Shown: positions 27,064 through 35,124 of the stretch, piece by piece
Numbering within the stretch: position 1 is the first letter of the stretch
Layout of the letters: every line of letters starts with the position of its first letter
Origin: an uncultured Candidatus Saccharibacteria bacterium
Lineage (GTDB): Bacteria > Patescibacteriota > Minisyncoccia > Phycocordibacterales > Zambryskibacteraceae
Direction: 5' to 3'
Assembly (NCBI GenBank): GCA_964355645.1
Contig: CAYHDI010000002.1
Span: 11,452-75,451 of the forward strand
Length of the DNA stretch: 64,000 nt
Position numbers and translations under genes: made by a program
Notes under the pieces: model-generated
Seen by the model: only the letters and a program-made list of their open reading frames with translations
Database searches by the model: none
Told to the model about the DNA's origin: nothing

Positions 27064-28359
27064 ATGTCAAAGTTTCAGCTCATTCTTCTCGTTTCATTCG
27101 GAGCCTTCATTATCATTGCTGTTCTCTTGTTCTCTTTCTATAGAAGCTCCGGAGGAACTCAAACAGCGAATATTGTGATTTGGGGAGATATTTCTGCCGA
27201 AGATTTCAATACACTTTCAAACAATGTCGGATTCGCGAATGACCGTACTCTCGTTCTTCAGTATTCCTTTAAAGATCCATCCACTTTCGACACTACTTTC
27301 ACCGAAGCTCTCGCTCTCGGCAGTGGACCGGACCTCGTGTTCCTTTCTCAAGACAAAATTTATAGAGAAAGAAACAAAATTCTCGTCATTCCTTCGTCTT
27401 CAGTTAGTCAGAAAGACTTCTCAAATACATTCATAGATGAAAGTGATTTGTTTCTAACTTCAAACGGAGTCTATGCCCTGCCTCTTTCTGTTGACCCACT
27501 TGTCCTCTACTACAACCGTGATTTACTTTCGAAAGCTTCCCTTGCTTTCCCGCCTGCGTTTTGGGATCAAATGTATAGCTACGCGAACAAGCTAACAACG
27601 AAGGACGGAGCAGGGAACATCACGAAGTCCGTCTTGGCTCTCGGCGAGGCGAAGAATATTCCAAATTCGAAAAACATCCTTTCTCTCCTGATGCTTCAAG
27701 CGGGCACACCTATCACCGATATCCCAAGCGATACTCAGACACCAAAACTACAAGCCGAGTTGACTAACAATTTCAATCTACCGCTTAATCCAGCGAATTC
27801 AGCTTTGGATTTTTATACTCAGTTCGCGAATCCAGCGAAGCCGTTTTATTCGTGGAATAGATCTCTCCGCAATGCGAATGTGAATTTTGTTTCTGGCGAC
27901 AGCGCGCTCTATATTGGATTTGCCAGTGAATTGCGCGAACTGCGAGCCAAGTCCCCAACTCTAAATATCGGAATCGCTCTCGTTCCTCAATCAAGGGTTT
28001 CAGGCAAATCGATGACGTACGGAACTCTACGAGGAGTGGCCATTTCGAAGGGCTCGAAGAATCCGAGCGCGGCTCTTCGAGCCGCGCTCCTCCTGTCCTC
28101 CGCGAACACGAGCCTCGCGTTGTCCAAAATCCTCCAACTTCCTCCTCCTCGTCGAGATTTGCTTTCGAACAAACCGACGGATACGGCCAGCGGTGTTTTC
28201 TATGACTCAGCCATTCAATCTCGCGGTTGGCTTGATCCAGATGATGCGGAGACGGCTTCGATTTTCACCAACATGATTGAATCAGTCACTTCCGGCCGAG
28301 CACGAGTGGATGAAGCTATAAGTACTGCGCAGGATCAAATTAATACTTTAATCAAATAA
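27064..28359 (+). CDS. membrane-anchored extracellular solute-binding-protein-like (SBP family 1-like)
   Basis: It has an N-terminal TM anchor and resembles periplasmic-binding proteins in its middle region (...YALPLSVDPLVLYYNRDLL...). Confidence 0.4.
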   Translation: MSKFQLILLVSFGAFIIIAVLLFSFYRSSGGTQTANIVIWGDISAEDFNTLSNNVGFANDRTLVLQYSFKDPSTFDTTFTEALALGSGPDLVFLSQDKIYRERNKILVIPSSSVSQKDFSNTFIDESDLFLTSNGVYALPLSVDPLVLYYNRDLLSKASLAFPPAFWDQMYSYANKLTTKDGAGNITKSVLALGEAKNIPNSKNILSLLMLQAGTPITDIPSDTQTPKLQAELTNNFNLPLNPANSALDFYTQFANPAKPFYSWNRSLRNANVNFVSGDSALYIGFASELRELRAKSPTLNIGIALVPQSRVSGKSMTYGTLRGVAISKGSKNPSAALRAALLLSSANTSLALSKILQLPPPRRDLLSNKPTDTASGVFYDSAIQSRGWLDPDDAETASIFTNMIESVTSGRARVDEAISTAQDQINTLIK

Positions 28360-28363
28360 ATTT

Positions 28364-28696
28364 ATGCCTGGATGGGAACCACTTATTGTTTGTAGCAATC
28401 CACCAGATTTTCCTAAAGCTTGTGATTTTAATGCCTTGATTCTGCTCGTGAATCACCTCATTACTGATTTGATTCTTCTTTCGACTCTATTTGCTACAGC
28501 GGGGTTTGTTTATGTCGGTATCAAGCTCCTCACAGCCGGAGGGGATGAAGGGGCGATGAAGTCGGCCAAGAGTTCTGCGTGGGCAATTCTCAAAGGATTC
28601 TTGTGGATACTTGTAGCTTGGGTTTTGGTTTATACTATTACCAATGTCTTATTAAGTTCATCAGGTTATTCACTTCTAGGCGCCCCAACAAAATAA
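28364..28696 (+). CDS. TrbC/VirB2-like small two-TM protein, paralog 1 of 6
   Basis: Its architecture is TM helix, then AGGDEGAMKSAK loop, then TM helix. Confidence 0.35.
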   Translation: MPGWEPLIVCSNPPDFPKACDFNALILLVNHLITDLILLSTLFATAGFVYVGIKLLTAGGDEGAMKSAKSSAWAILKGFLWILVAWVLVYTITNVLLSSSGYSLLGAPTK

Positions 28697-29104
28697 ATGA
28701 AAAAACATCTTCCATTTCTGCTTGTCCTCGTTCTTCTCTTGAGTTTTTCAACGATGATTGTTCACGCACAACAAGCCGCAGGTCAACCAGGAGGGTCTCA
28801 AGCAACAGGTAATACCCAAAAAATAAACACGGGCATAGAAAATCCATTTGGTCCAAATGGGCCCACGAATCTCAAAGACCTTTTCACCCTTTTGATTAAC
28901 AATTTGCTCATCCCAATCGGCGGAGTGGCCGCGGTGCTCGCGTTTATTTATTCGGGCTTTCTATATGTGATGGCTCAAGGTGATGAGACGAAGATTAAAA
29001 CTGCTCATCGGGCGCTTCTCTATACTTCTATAGGCACAGCCGTGCTCCTCGGCGCGTGGGTTATCTCAAATGTGATTAGTGCTACTATCAATCAACTCAA
29101 ATGA
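28697..29104 (+). CDS. TrbC/VirB2-like small two-TM protein, paralog 2 (with signal peptide)
   Basis: It has a signal peptide, then a TM helix, then the loop AQGDETKIKTAHR, then a second TM helix. Confidence 0.4.
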   Translation: MKKHLPFLLVLVLLLSFSTMIVHAQQAAGQPGGSQATGNTQKINTGIENPFGPNGPTNLKDLFTLLINNLLIPIGGVAAVLAFIYSGFLYVMAQGDETKIKTAHRALLYTSIGTAVLLGAWVISNVISATINQLK

Positions 29105-29502
29105 GCGCTCCAACAGATTTCAAAAGTTTAGTAGGAATATTCATTGATCTCATCAACACAGCTCTTCCTGTCCTCGCCGGAGTCGGTTTGCTTGTTTTCT
29201 TTTGGGGTCTAGCGAAATTTATTCGAAATGCGGGCGATGCGAAGAATCATCAGGAGGGGAAAGATTTAATGATATGGGGAATAGTGGGTTTGTTTGTGTT
29301 GTTTTCAGTTTGGGGAATTGTGGGGTTTGTTCAATCGAGTTTTGGTATCAGAAGTATGCCTTTCGGAATTCCTTATCTTCCATCAAGCAATAATTCACAA
29401 ACGGGATTTTGTACCTATCCTAACGGCACCGTTGTCTCGGGCTATAGCCCGGCACAGTGTTTATCGGCCAAGGGTGGATGGAGCCCTGCCAGCAATATTT
29501 AG
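29101..29502 (+). CDS. TrbC/VirB2-like small two-TM protein, paralog 3
   Basis: It has the FFWGLAKFIRNAGDAKNHQEGKDLMIWGIVGLFVLFSVWGIVGF core. Confidence 0.4.
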   Translation: MSAPTDFKSLVGIFIDLINTALPVLAGVGLLVFFWGLAKFIRNAGDAKNHQEGKDLMIWGIVGLFVLFSVWGIVGFVQSSFGIRSMPFGIPYLPSSNNSQTGFCTYPNGTVVSGYSPAQCLSAKGGWSPASNI

Positions 29503-29519
29503 GACAAAATTAAATAATT

Positions 29520-29765
29520 ATGAAAGCTTTGATTCAAGCCACTGGAGGTATCATAAATCAGCTGATTATTATTGTGGCTGGATTGGCCTTAATCTATTTC
29601 TTTTGGGGGTTAGCGAAATTTATTTTTCACGCTGGTGATGTTGAGAAGCACGAAGAAGGCAGAAACATCATGATTTGGGGCGTCGTCGCTCTATTCGTGA
29701 TGGTGTCTGTCTGGGGGTTATTGAATTTTATTAGCTCTGCTCTCAATATCTGGAGCACTGTTTGA
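29520..29765 (+). CDS. TrbC/VirB2-like small two-TM protein, paralog 4
   Basis: It has the FFWGLAKFIFHAGDVEKHEEGRNIMIWGVVALFVMVSVWGL core. Confidence 0.4.
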   Translation: MKALIQATGGIINQLIIIVAGLALIYFFWGLAKFIFHAGDVEKHEEGRNIMIWGVVALFVMVSVWGLLNFISSALNIWSTV

Positions 29766-29876
29766 TCTTTCGGTGCTTGTTTATAAGTGAATAACGGGGC
29801 TAGTATTCTGTCCATCCTCGGCGTATGATTAAAGCATACCGCATTCGGGTATATTAAAAGATAAATATATTTGTAA

Positions 29877-30224
29877 ATGAAAAGAATTATTCCGTTTCTT
29901 GTTCTGACGCCATTCCTTGCTTCGGCTCAGACGCTTGGTACTATTCCAACTTTGCTCAAGTCTGTAGGAAGCCTTATCAACACAGCCCTACCTATCGTGG
30001 TTGGACTGGCTCTTCTTGGGTTCTTCTGGGGATTGGCCATGTTCATTTTTGGCGCAAATGATGAAGAAAAACGCAAAGAGGGTCGTTCAATTATGATTTG
30101 GGGCGTCGTCGCTCTATTCGTGATGGTGGCTGTCTGGGGATTGGTAAACTTCATTGGAAGTGCTGTGGGTGTTGTTCCAGGAGCTGCTGGTATTCCGACA
30201 ATTCCGACCGTTCCAGCTAGATAA
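29877..30224 (+). CDS. TrbC/VirB2-like small two-TM protein, paralog 5 (with signal peptide)
   Basis: It has the FFWGLAMFIFGANDEEKRKEGRSIMIWGVVALFVMVAVWGL core. It shares a 48-bp DNA segment with paralog 4 with one mismatch. Confidence 0.4.
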   Translation: MKRIIPFLVLTPFLASAQTLGTIPTLLKSVGSLINTALPIVVGLALLGFFWGLAMFIFGANDEEKRKEGRSIMIWGVVALFVMVAVWGLVNFIGSAVGVVPGAAGIPTIPTVPAR

Positions 30225-30233
30225 TATTTCTGC

Positions 30234-30509
30234 TTGATGTCGATTGCCACGTTTCTAAACAAGATTAATGCAGCGATTCTTAATCCGCTCATAGGTTTGG
30301 TTTTCGCTGTGGCCACTATTGTGTTCATCTACGGTCTTGTTGAGTTCATTCGTTCAGAAACAGCGGACAAGGCCCGCGAAGCGGGCAAGAAGAAAATTCT
30401 CTATGGTCTCCTCGGAATGTTCATCATGTTCAGCGCTTACGGATTGATTCATCTGATTCTCGGAACATTCGGCATCCCGAATCCTCCGGGTGCTTACATT
30501 AGTTTCTAA
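30234..30509 (+). CDS. TrbC/VirB2-like small two-TM protein, paralog 6
   Basis: It has the same architecture with a diverged loop, ETADKAREAGKKKILYG. Confidence 0.35.
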   Translation: MMSIATFLNKINAAILNPLIGLVFAVATIVFIYGLVEFIRSETADKAREAGKKKILYGLLGMFIMFSAYGLIHLILGTFGIPNPPGAYISF

Positions 30510-30526
30510 GAAAATACAGAAATGAA

Positions 30527-30570
30527 TAAGCCCCGTCCCGCAAAGTCGCATGTGCGACCGCGGGGCGGGG
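30527..30570. terminator. GC-rich bidirectional terminator at the boundary of a GC-rich island
   Basis: The stems are agccccgtcccgc...gcggggcggggct. Confidence 0.5.
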
Positions 30571-30582
30571 CTTTGTGTTCCC

Positions 30583-31230
30583 CTACTTGTAGAATCGTAC
30601 GCCGATTCGGAGACTCGAATCACCGAGCGATTTGAACGCGATGGTTCTCACCATTCCGAATTGCACAGTTTCCATCTCCGGACGAATGGTGAATTTTCCA
30701 GCTTGAGTTGCCACGACGTACGGGACGTCGAGCTCCTCGGCATTCACTTCCATCGTGTAGCCTTTCCGCACTTCTCGGGGAAGCGTCCATGACTTGCCGA
30801 ATGTATTCGGCTGAGCTGTGAACCAAAATGTGGTATCGCTTGGGAACTGTGGATGCGTCTTCAAGTATTCGGCCTGAGCCTGAGCTTTGGCCATTTCCGC
30901 CTTCTGGTACTTCCCGTTGACCCACGGCCACACGATGAAGATGACGACGAGAGCGAAAATGGTCCAGCCCGCGAACTTCTGGAACCACTTGTGCGTGATA
31001 ACCGTGCCAGCTTTTGTTCGGCGATTCTCGTCCCAGGCAATCCAGGAGATGAGAGCGAGTAAAGCAAGCACTACCGCGGTGATCCACGTCCAGTGCCAGA
31101 CTCTTGACCAATCCACCGAACCGATGAAAAGGCTAAGAATCATAACCGCAACGATGAGCCCGATGACTGCACCGCCGGCTTGGAGCCTCTGTTTTCTGTT
31201 CATATCCCCTCCACGGGGAAATAGGTTCAA
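30583..31230 (-). CDS. membrane protein with C-terminal soluble domain (possible NfeD-like partner of the SPFH protein); GC-rich
   Basis: It has four predicted TM helices and a C-terminal domain of roughly 90 aa. It shares an operon and GC content with the SPFH gene. Confidence 0.35.
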   Translation of the reverse strand: MNLFPRGGDMNRKQRLQAGGAVIGLIVAVMILSLFIGSVDWSRVWHWTWITAVVLALLALISWIAWDENRRTKAGTVITHKWFQKFAGWTIFALVVIFIVWPWVNGKYQKAEMAKAQAQAEYLKTHPQFPSDTTFWFTAQPNTFGKSWTLPREVRKGYTMEVNAEELDVPYVVATQAGKFTIRPEMETVQFGMVRTIAFKSLGDSSLRIGVRFYK

Positions 31231-31314
31231 CTTCGTCTTTGCCCATTATACGCCCAAATTATATTTTGTCAAGTATGAAAAAGACTGGGAGATTTTTTGC
31301 CCAGTCTATGCACA

Positions 31315-32445
31315 TTACTTCGACCCAACGAGTTGGGCTGTCTTGCCTCCAACCACGAGAGTAGTAAGAGTTTTGTTCTCTCCGATTGCCTCGGCGAAAC
31401 GAATCCCCGCAGCGTTCGGAATTGCTCCGAGCGGAATGAGTACTCGAGTGACGCGATCAGCATCAGCGGTGTTCACAACCTTCTGTGCCTCGGCTTTTCC
31501 CTCACCGGCGAGGATGACAAGTTTCTTATCCTTCTCGGCTCGAGCGATGGCTGCCTTGTTCTCGCGCTCCGTGGTTTCTTGGAGTTCGAGAAGCGTACGT
31601 GTCTTCTCGTCCACATCGATGCCAAGAAGATTCGTAGTTCTGACCGTGATTCCAATCTTTTCTTCTATTTCTCCCTGCTTATCCATCACAGCCTTGACGA
31701 GGTCGTGTTTGTTGGAGACATCACCTTGGATGAAGTACTCAGGTTCTTGATTTCCCGTCGTGTTGTTTACGGCTTCCATCACCATCGCTGTGAGCACGGC
31801 GTTGGGGTCGGCCATTCCCAAAACGGCATGAACCGGATATTTCATCGCGTACAACAAGTTGAATTGCAAATCGAGCTCGTATGAGCCCATGGTTTCCGCA
31901 CCACGCACATCCACAGCTTGCTCGCGCGAGTAGTAGATGAACTTGGTGGAGAAATCCTTGCCTACGATTGAGTACACGTCGCGGTCTCCATCCTTGCCCT
32001 TCTTGAATCTGATTTCATGAACCTGATTTAGACGGAGAGAACGACCCCAGCCAATCCAGTGGATGCCGAAGAGGTAGTGAAGGAGTCCATATTCCTTTTC
32101 ACCATCCTCGAAGCACCACTTGAATGGATCTGGGTCATCGTCATTCAAGCGTTGGCCTGGAACGCCGTGGATAACTTTGTCGAGCTCACCATCAATGAGA
32201 TTGGATGCATCGGTTGAATCACTTGACGACCCCCAAGTGACAAGTGCGAAAGTATTCGCCGGAATGAAGCACCACCAGATCTCGTTGTAAGCGAGAATCC
32301 AGATGGTTCCAAGCACTAGTGTTACTAGTGCAAGGACGATGAGAAGGGAAATGAAAAGCGCTATCATTCTGTGCTCCCTGTGGCCATAGCCACGGAGTAA
32401 TGTGAAATGTGCATGAATCTTGCCTGTCGCGATTTTATCATACAA
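31315..32445 (-). CDS. SPFH/Band-7 (stomatin/prohibitin/flotillin) domain protein; GC-rich
   Basis: It has an N-terminal TM helix, a band-7 core and a C-terminal ...ILAGEGKAEAQK... Ala/Glu-rich coiled coil, typical of flotillin-like proteins. Confidence 0.65.
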   Translation of the reverse strand: MYDKIATGKIHAHFTLLRGYGHREHRMIALFISLLIVLALVTLVLGTIWILAYNEIWWCFIPANTFALVTWGSSSDSTDASNLIDGELDKVIHGVPGQRLNDDDPDPFKWCFEDGEKEYGLLHYLFGIHWIGWGRSLRLNQVHEIRFKKGKDGDRDVYSIVGKDFSTKFIYYSREQAVDVRGAETMGSYELDLQFNLLYAMKYPVHAVLGMADPNAVLTAMVMEAVNNTTGNQEPEYFIQGDVSNKHDLVKAVMDKQGEIEEKIGITVRTTNLLGIDVDEKTRTLLELQETTERENKAAIARAEKDKKLVILAGEGKAEAQKVVNTADADRVTRVLIPLGAIPNAAGIRFAEAIGENKTLTTLVVGGKTAQLVGSK

Positions 32446-32501
32446 AATCTACGAAGTCAAATAAAAAATACCAAACAAAAGTCTGGAATTTTTTGCATTG
32501 T

Positions 32502-32581
32502 GCCGAGGAGAGGACTTGAACCCCCACCCCTTGCGGGACCAGTTCCTAAAACTGGCGTGTCTACCATTTCACCACCTCGGC
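32502..32581 (-). tRNA. tRNA-Leu (anticodon TAG)
   Basis: The reverse complement is gccgaggtggtgaaatggtagacacgccagtttTAGgaactgg... with a long variable arm; the T-arm is ggttcaagtcc. Confidence 0.75.
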
Positions 32582-32585
32582 AGGG

Positions 32586-32658
32586 TGCGCCCAGTAGGAG
32601 TCGAACCTACGACCATCTCCTTAAGAGGGAGCTGCTCTACCAACTGAGCTATGGGCGC
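32586..32658 (-). tRNA. tRNA-Lys (anticodon CTT)
   Basis: The reverse complement is gcgcccatagctcagttggtagagcagctccctCTTaaggag...ggttcgactcc. Confidence 0.7.
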
Positions 32659-32729
32659 AAAACTTTTGTAACTTACAAACAATACCTAAAAAACAATTCT
32701 TTTTCAATTATGATAATGTATTAAAGAGT

Positions 32730-32801
32730 GGCCTAGTCGCCAAGTGGTAAGGCAAAGCTCTGCAAAAGCTTTATACGGCGGTTCGATTCCGCCCTAGGCC
32801 T
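32730..32801 (+). tRNA. tRNA-Cys (anticodon GCA)
   Basis: ggcctagtcgccaagtggtaaggcaaagctctGCAaaagcttt...ggttcgattccgccctaggcct. Confidence 0.75.
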
Positions 32802-32837
32802 CCTGTTCAAGAAAGTTTTGTTGTGTAGAATTAGATA

Positions 32838-33551
32838 ATGATTGATCGTGAAAAAATTAAACCTCAACATCTCTGGTATTTTATAGGATTGATTGTAACC
32901 GATGGAAATCTAAGTAAAAGTGGACGACATATTATTCTGACTTCTAAAGATAGAGAGCATCTATATTTAATTAAGAAGATTCTAGGGCTTACAAATGTTA
33001 TTGGCAGAAAGACTAGGGCTAGTTCAGAAGATAGATTATATTCTACCCTTCAGTTTGGAGATATTCGTTTTTATAAATACTTACAGAGCATAGGCATAAC
33101 CCAGAAAAAATCTCTTACTCTTGGAAAGATTGCAATAGACAAAAAATATTTCTGCGATTTTTTGAGAGGGGTAATTGATGGTGATGGCTATATTACTAGA
33201 TGGAAACATAAAAATAATGGGTTAAATCAGTGGGCTTTGGGCATTGTCTCTGCGGCTCCCGTATTTATTTGTTGGTTAAAAAATGAAATAGAGATACAGT
33301 TTAAAGTAAGGGGAAGGTTACACATTTATCTACCAAAAGGAAAGAAAAACCCTATAAACACATTAAAATTTGGGAAACTTGCTGGTAAGGTGATTATAAA
33401 AAATGTTTATTATAAGAATTCTTTTTGTCTGGAAAGAAAAAGACTCAAATGTGAAGAGTGTTTACTAGATAGGAATCGAATGGTAAATTATGGGGGTGTC
33501 ATTCGCCCGGGTGCTGAAATCGGTAGACAGCCTCGACTTAAAATCGAGTGA
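32838..33551 (+). CDS. LAGLIDADG homing endonuclease (double-motif)
   Basis: Two LAGLIDADG motifs are present: YFIGLIVTDGNL and DFLRGVIDGDGYI. The gene is AT-rich. Its last roughly 45 nt read into the 5' half of tRNA-Leu(TAA). Confidence 0.75.
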   Translation: MIDREKIKPQHLWYFIGLIVTDGNLSKSGRHIILTSKDREHLYLIKKILGLTNVIGRKTRASSEDRLYSTLQFGDIRFYKYLQSIGITQKKSLTLGKIAIDKKYFCDFLRGVIDGDGYITRWKHKNNGLNQWALGIVSAAPVFICWLKNEIEIQFKVRGRLHIYLPKGKKNPINTLKFGKLAGKVIIKNVYYKNSFCLERKRLKCEECLLDRNRMVNYGGVIRPGAEIGRQPRLKIE

Positions 33552-33588
33552 GGGAAACCTTGTGTGGGTTCGAGTCCCACCCCGGGCA
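33505..33588 (+). tRNA. tRNA-Leu (anticodon TAA)
   Basis: gcccgggtgctgaaatcggtagacagcctcgactTAAaatcgag... has a long variable arm; the T-arm is gggttcgagtccc. Confidence 0.75.
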
Positions 33589-33592
33589 CATT

Positions 33593-33663
33593 GCGGGTAT
33601 GGTTTAGTGGTAGAATGCGACCTTCCCAAGGTTGAGACCCGAGTTCGATTCTCGGTACCCGCA
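33593..33663 (+). tRNA. tRNA-Gly (anticodon CCC)
   Basis: gcgggtatggtttagtggtagaatgcgaccttCCCaaggttg...gagttcgattctcggtacccgca. Confidence 0.7.
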
Positions 33664-33717
33664 CACTTCTGCAAGCTCAGTGTAAACTATTATTTTATTT
33701 CATTCGTAATCTCGTCC

Positions 33718-33756
33718 AATCTCTGACGGTTGCGTTCACCATAATCAATTTTCCAA
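33718..33756 (+). repeat. 39-bp perfect direct repeat, copy 1 (aatctctgacggttgcgttcaccataatcaattttccaa)
   Basis: It is identical to 34804-34842, which lies inside the rbfA 3' coding end. Confidence 0.85.
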
Positions 33757-33801
33757 GCCCTATGGAACTCTCTTGCATTAACAGGAACACAAGGAAGGAG
33801 A

Positions 33802-34716
33802 TTATTCAGTTTTTAGATTTTCTGTAAGACCAGAATTTGCAATAATTATTTGAATAATCTTAAGTAAATTCTCAAGTATAGGTACAATTCTTCTGTTTTC
33901 TTCCGCGATATCTTCCTCAGAAGGCAGTTTTCTAGTTCTCAAATATTTGTCACGGTTAGTGGAAAGATACTCAAAACAATAATTAGCTTCGTCAATTATT
34001 TTATTAAATTCCTTTTGTTGTTGTGGGGTTAAAGATGACTCATCTCGTATGTCGAACGAAGGGTCACGCACCATTCGTTCCAAAAGATTTAGGCTAAGAC
34101 TTTTGATATATTGAGCATATTCGATTGCTTTTGTGAGAGTTTGTTGAGAGACAGCAATTCTTTTTGCAAGGATTGTTATCCTATCTTCCTCACTTGCTTT
34201 AGGAAGTTCACTTCCAAGAAATTGTCCGGTGTAGCACCCGTATGAGAGCTTGTTTGTTATATCTCCCCCTATCTCGATTATTTGCTCCAAGAACGTCATA
34301 GGGTTTTGCTCTTTTGTGGTTTCATCTTTGATACGACTCATCTGATACGAACGGAGAATTTTAATATCTGTTCCCACTATCATCTTAAGTGTTACGTCTA
34401 CGTTAGCTCCATGCCCAAGGCGATCTGTAATAGTTCGGACCAAACCTTCAGTATCTATAGGATTGGTTACGACAGGATGTTTATCAGCGCCCTTTATCTG
34501 ATCTAATAATCTATCAACATACCCCTCTTGGATGGCCTTAAGCAACATTGGATTAATTGTTGCCTGTTCCATCTGTTCATGACGATGAGCAGCAGTTTCC
34601 AGAGTAAATTTGGGATCACGAAAATCTTCTTCTCTTAATGCCAGATACCGTGCTAATATCCTTGGCTCAATTTCAGGTACGGGTTCTTCAAGTTTTTCTT
34701 CATTCATATAACGCAT
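33802..34716 (-). CDS. hypothetical protein (304 aa), cargo of the direct-repeat-flanked insertion; no recognisable domain
   Basis: The complete ORF is AT-rich and co-oriented with infB-rbfA. Confidence 0.4.
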   Translation of the reverse strand: MRYMNEEKLEEPVPEIEPRILARYLALREEDFRDPKFTLETAAHRHEQMEQATINPMLLKAIQEGYVDRLLDQIKGADKHPVVTNPIDTEGLVRTITDRLGHGANVDVTLKMIVGTDIKILRSYQMSRIKDETTKEQNPMTFLEQIIEIGGDITNKLSYGCYTGQFLGSELPKASEEDRITILAKRIAVSQQTLTKAIEYAQYIKSLSLNLLERMVRDPSFDIRDESSLTPQQQKEFNKIIDEANYCFEYLSTNRDKYLRTRKLPSEEDIAEENRRIVPILENLLKIIQIIIANSGLTENLKTE

Positions 34717-34784
34717 TATAACATTATGATAAATAGTACACTACACGTAGAAATTTCTAGCAAGAAATTATCTGTGACCACAAA

Positions 34785-35105
34785 TCAAACCGAAAGTTTA
34801 TCTAATCTCTGACGGTTGCGTTCACCATAATCAATTTTCCAACGGAGATGGGGGATAATACCGATTTTGGATTTGTCGCGGACGAAATGCATAAACTCGC
34901 TTCCTTTTCTTTCTAAAAATTTCAACGCGGTGTCTTCCTGACTGTCGGGTAGGGTAGTGAAGTATAGGTCGGCCACTTTCCCAGAAGGATTAAGTTCTAC
35001 TCGAGTGATGGTGATGAGGGATGCGGGAGTAGATTCTCGGAGGACGAAGTCTGCAGCGAGTTGACGAATGATTTCAGCTGTTTTGTCTTTCTTGATTTGT
35101 TTCAT
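34785..35105 (-). CDS. rbfA: ribosome-binding factor A
   Basis: Its 106 aa read ...ITITRVELNPSGKVADLYFTTL... It lies downstream of infB. The 3' end contains direct-repeat copy 2. Confidence 0.75.
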   Translation of the reverse strand: MKQIKKDKTAEIIRQLAADFVLRESTPASLITITRVELNPSGKVADLYFTTLPDSQEDTALKFLERKGSEFMHFVRDKSKIGIIPHLRWKIDYGERNRQRLDKLSV

Positions 35106-35124
35106 TTATAGTGAGTTTACCGAA

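Larger units (their letters stand above)
33718..34842 (-). mobile_element. roughly 1.1-kb insertion flanked by 39-bp direct repeats at the 3' end of rbfA, carrying one unknown gene
   Basis: The duplicated 39 bp encode rbfA residues WKIDYGERNRQRL. Copy 1 is followed by an alternative, presumably ancestral, rbfA C-terminus (..DEITNEIK-stop). Confidence 0.5.

Noticed and set aside
28364-30509. Type IV pilin (PilA-like) identity for the six mini-proteins
   Set aside because: There is no N-terminal G/FTLIE prepilin cleavage motif. The two-helix architecture with a charged loop fits the VirB2/TrbC-like class better, and this remains tentative.
33505-33588. LAGLIDADG gene being intron-encoded within a tRNA
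   Set aside because: tRNA-Cys, tRNA-Leu(TAA) and tRNA-Leu(CAA) are all contiguous cloverleaves with no intron. The endonuclease genes are free-standing but abutting.
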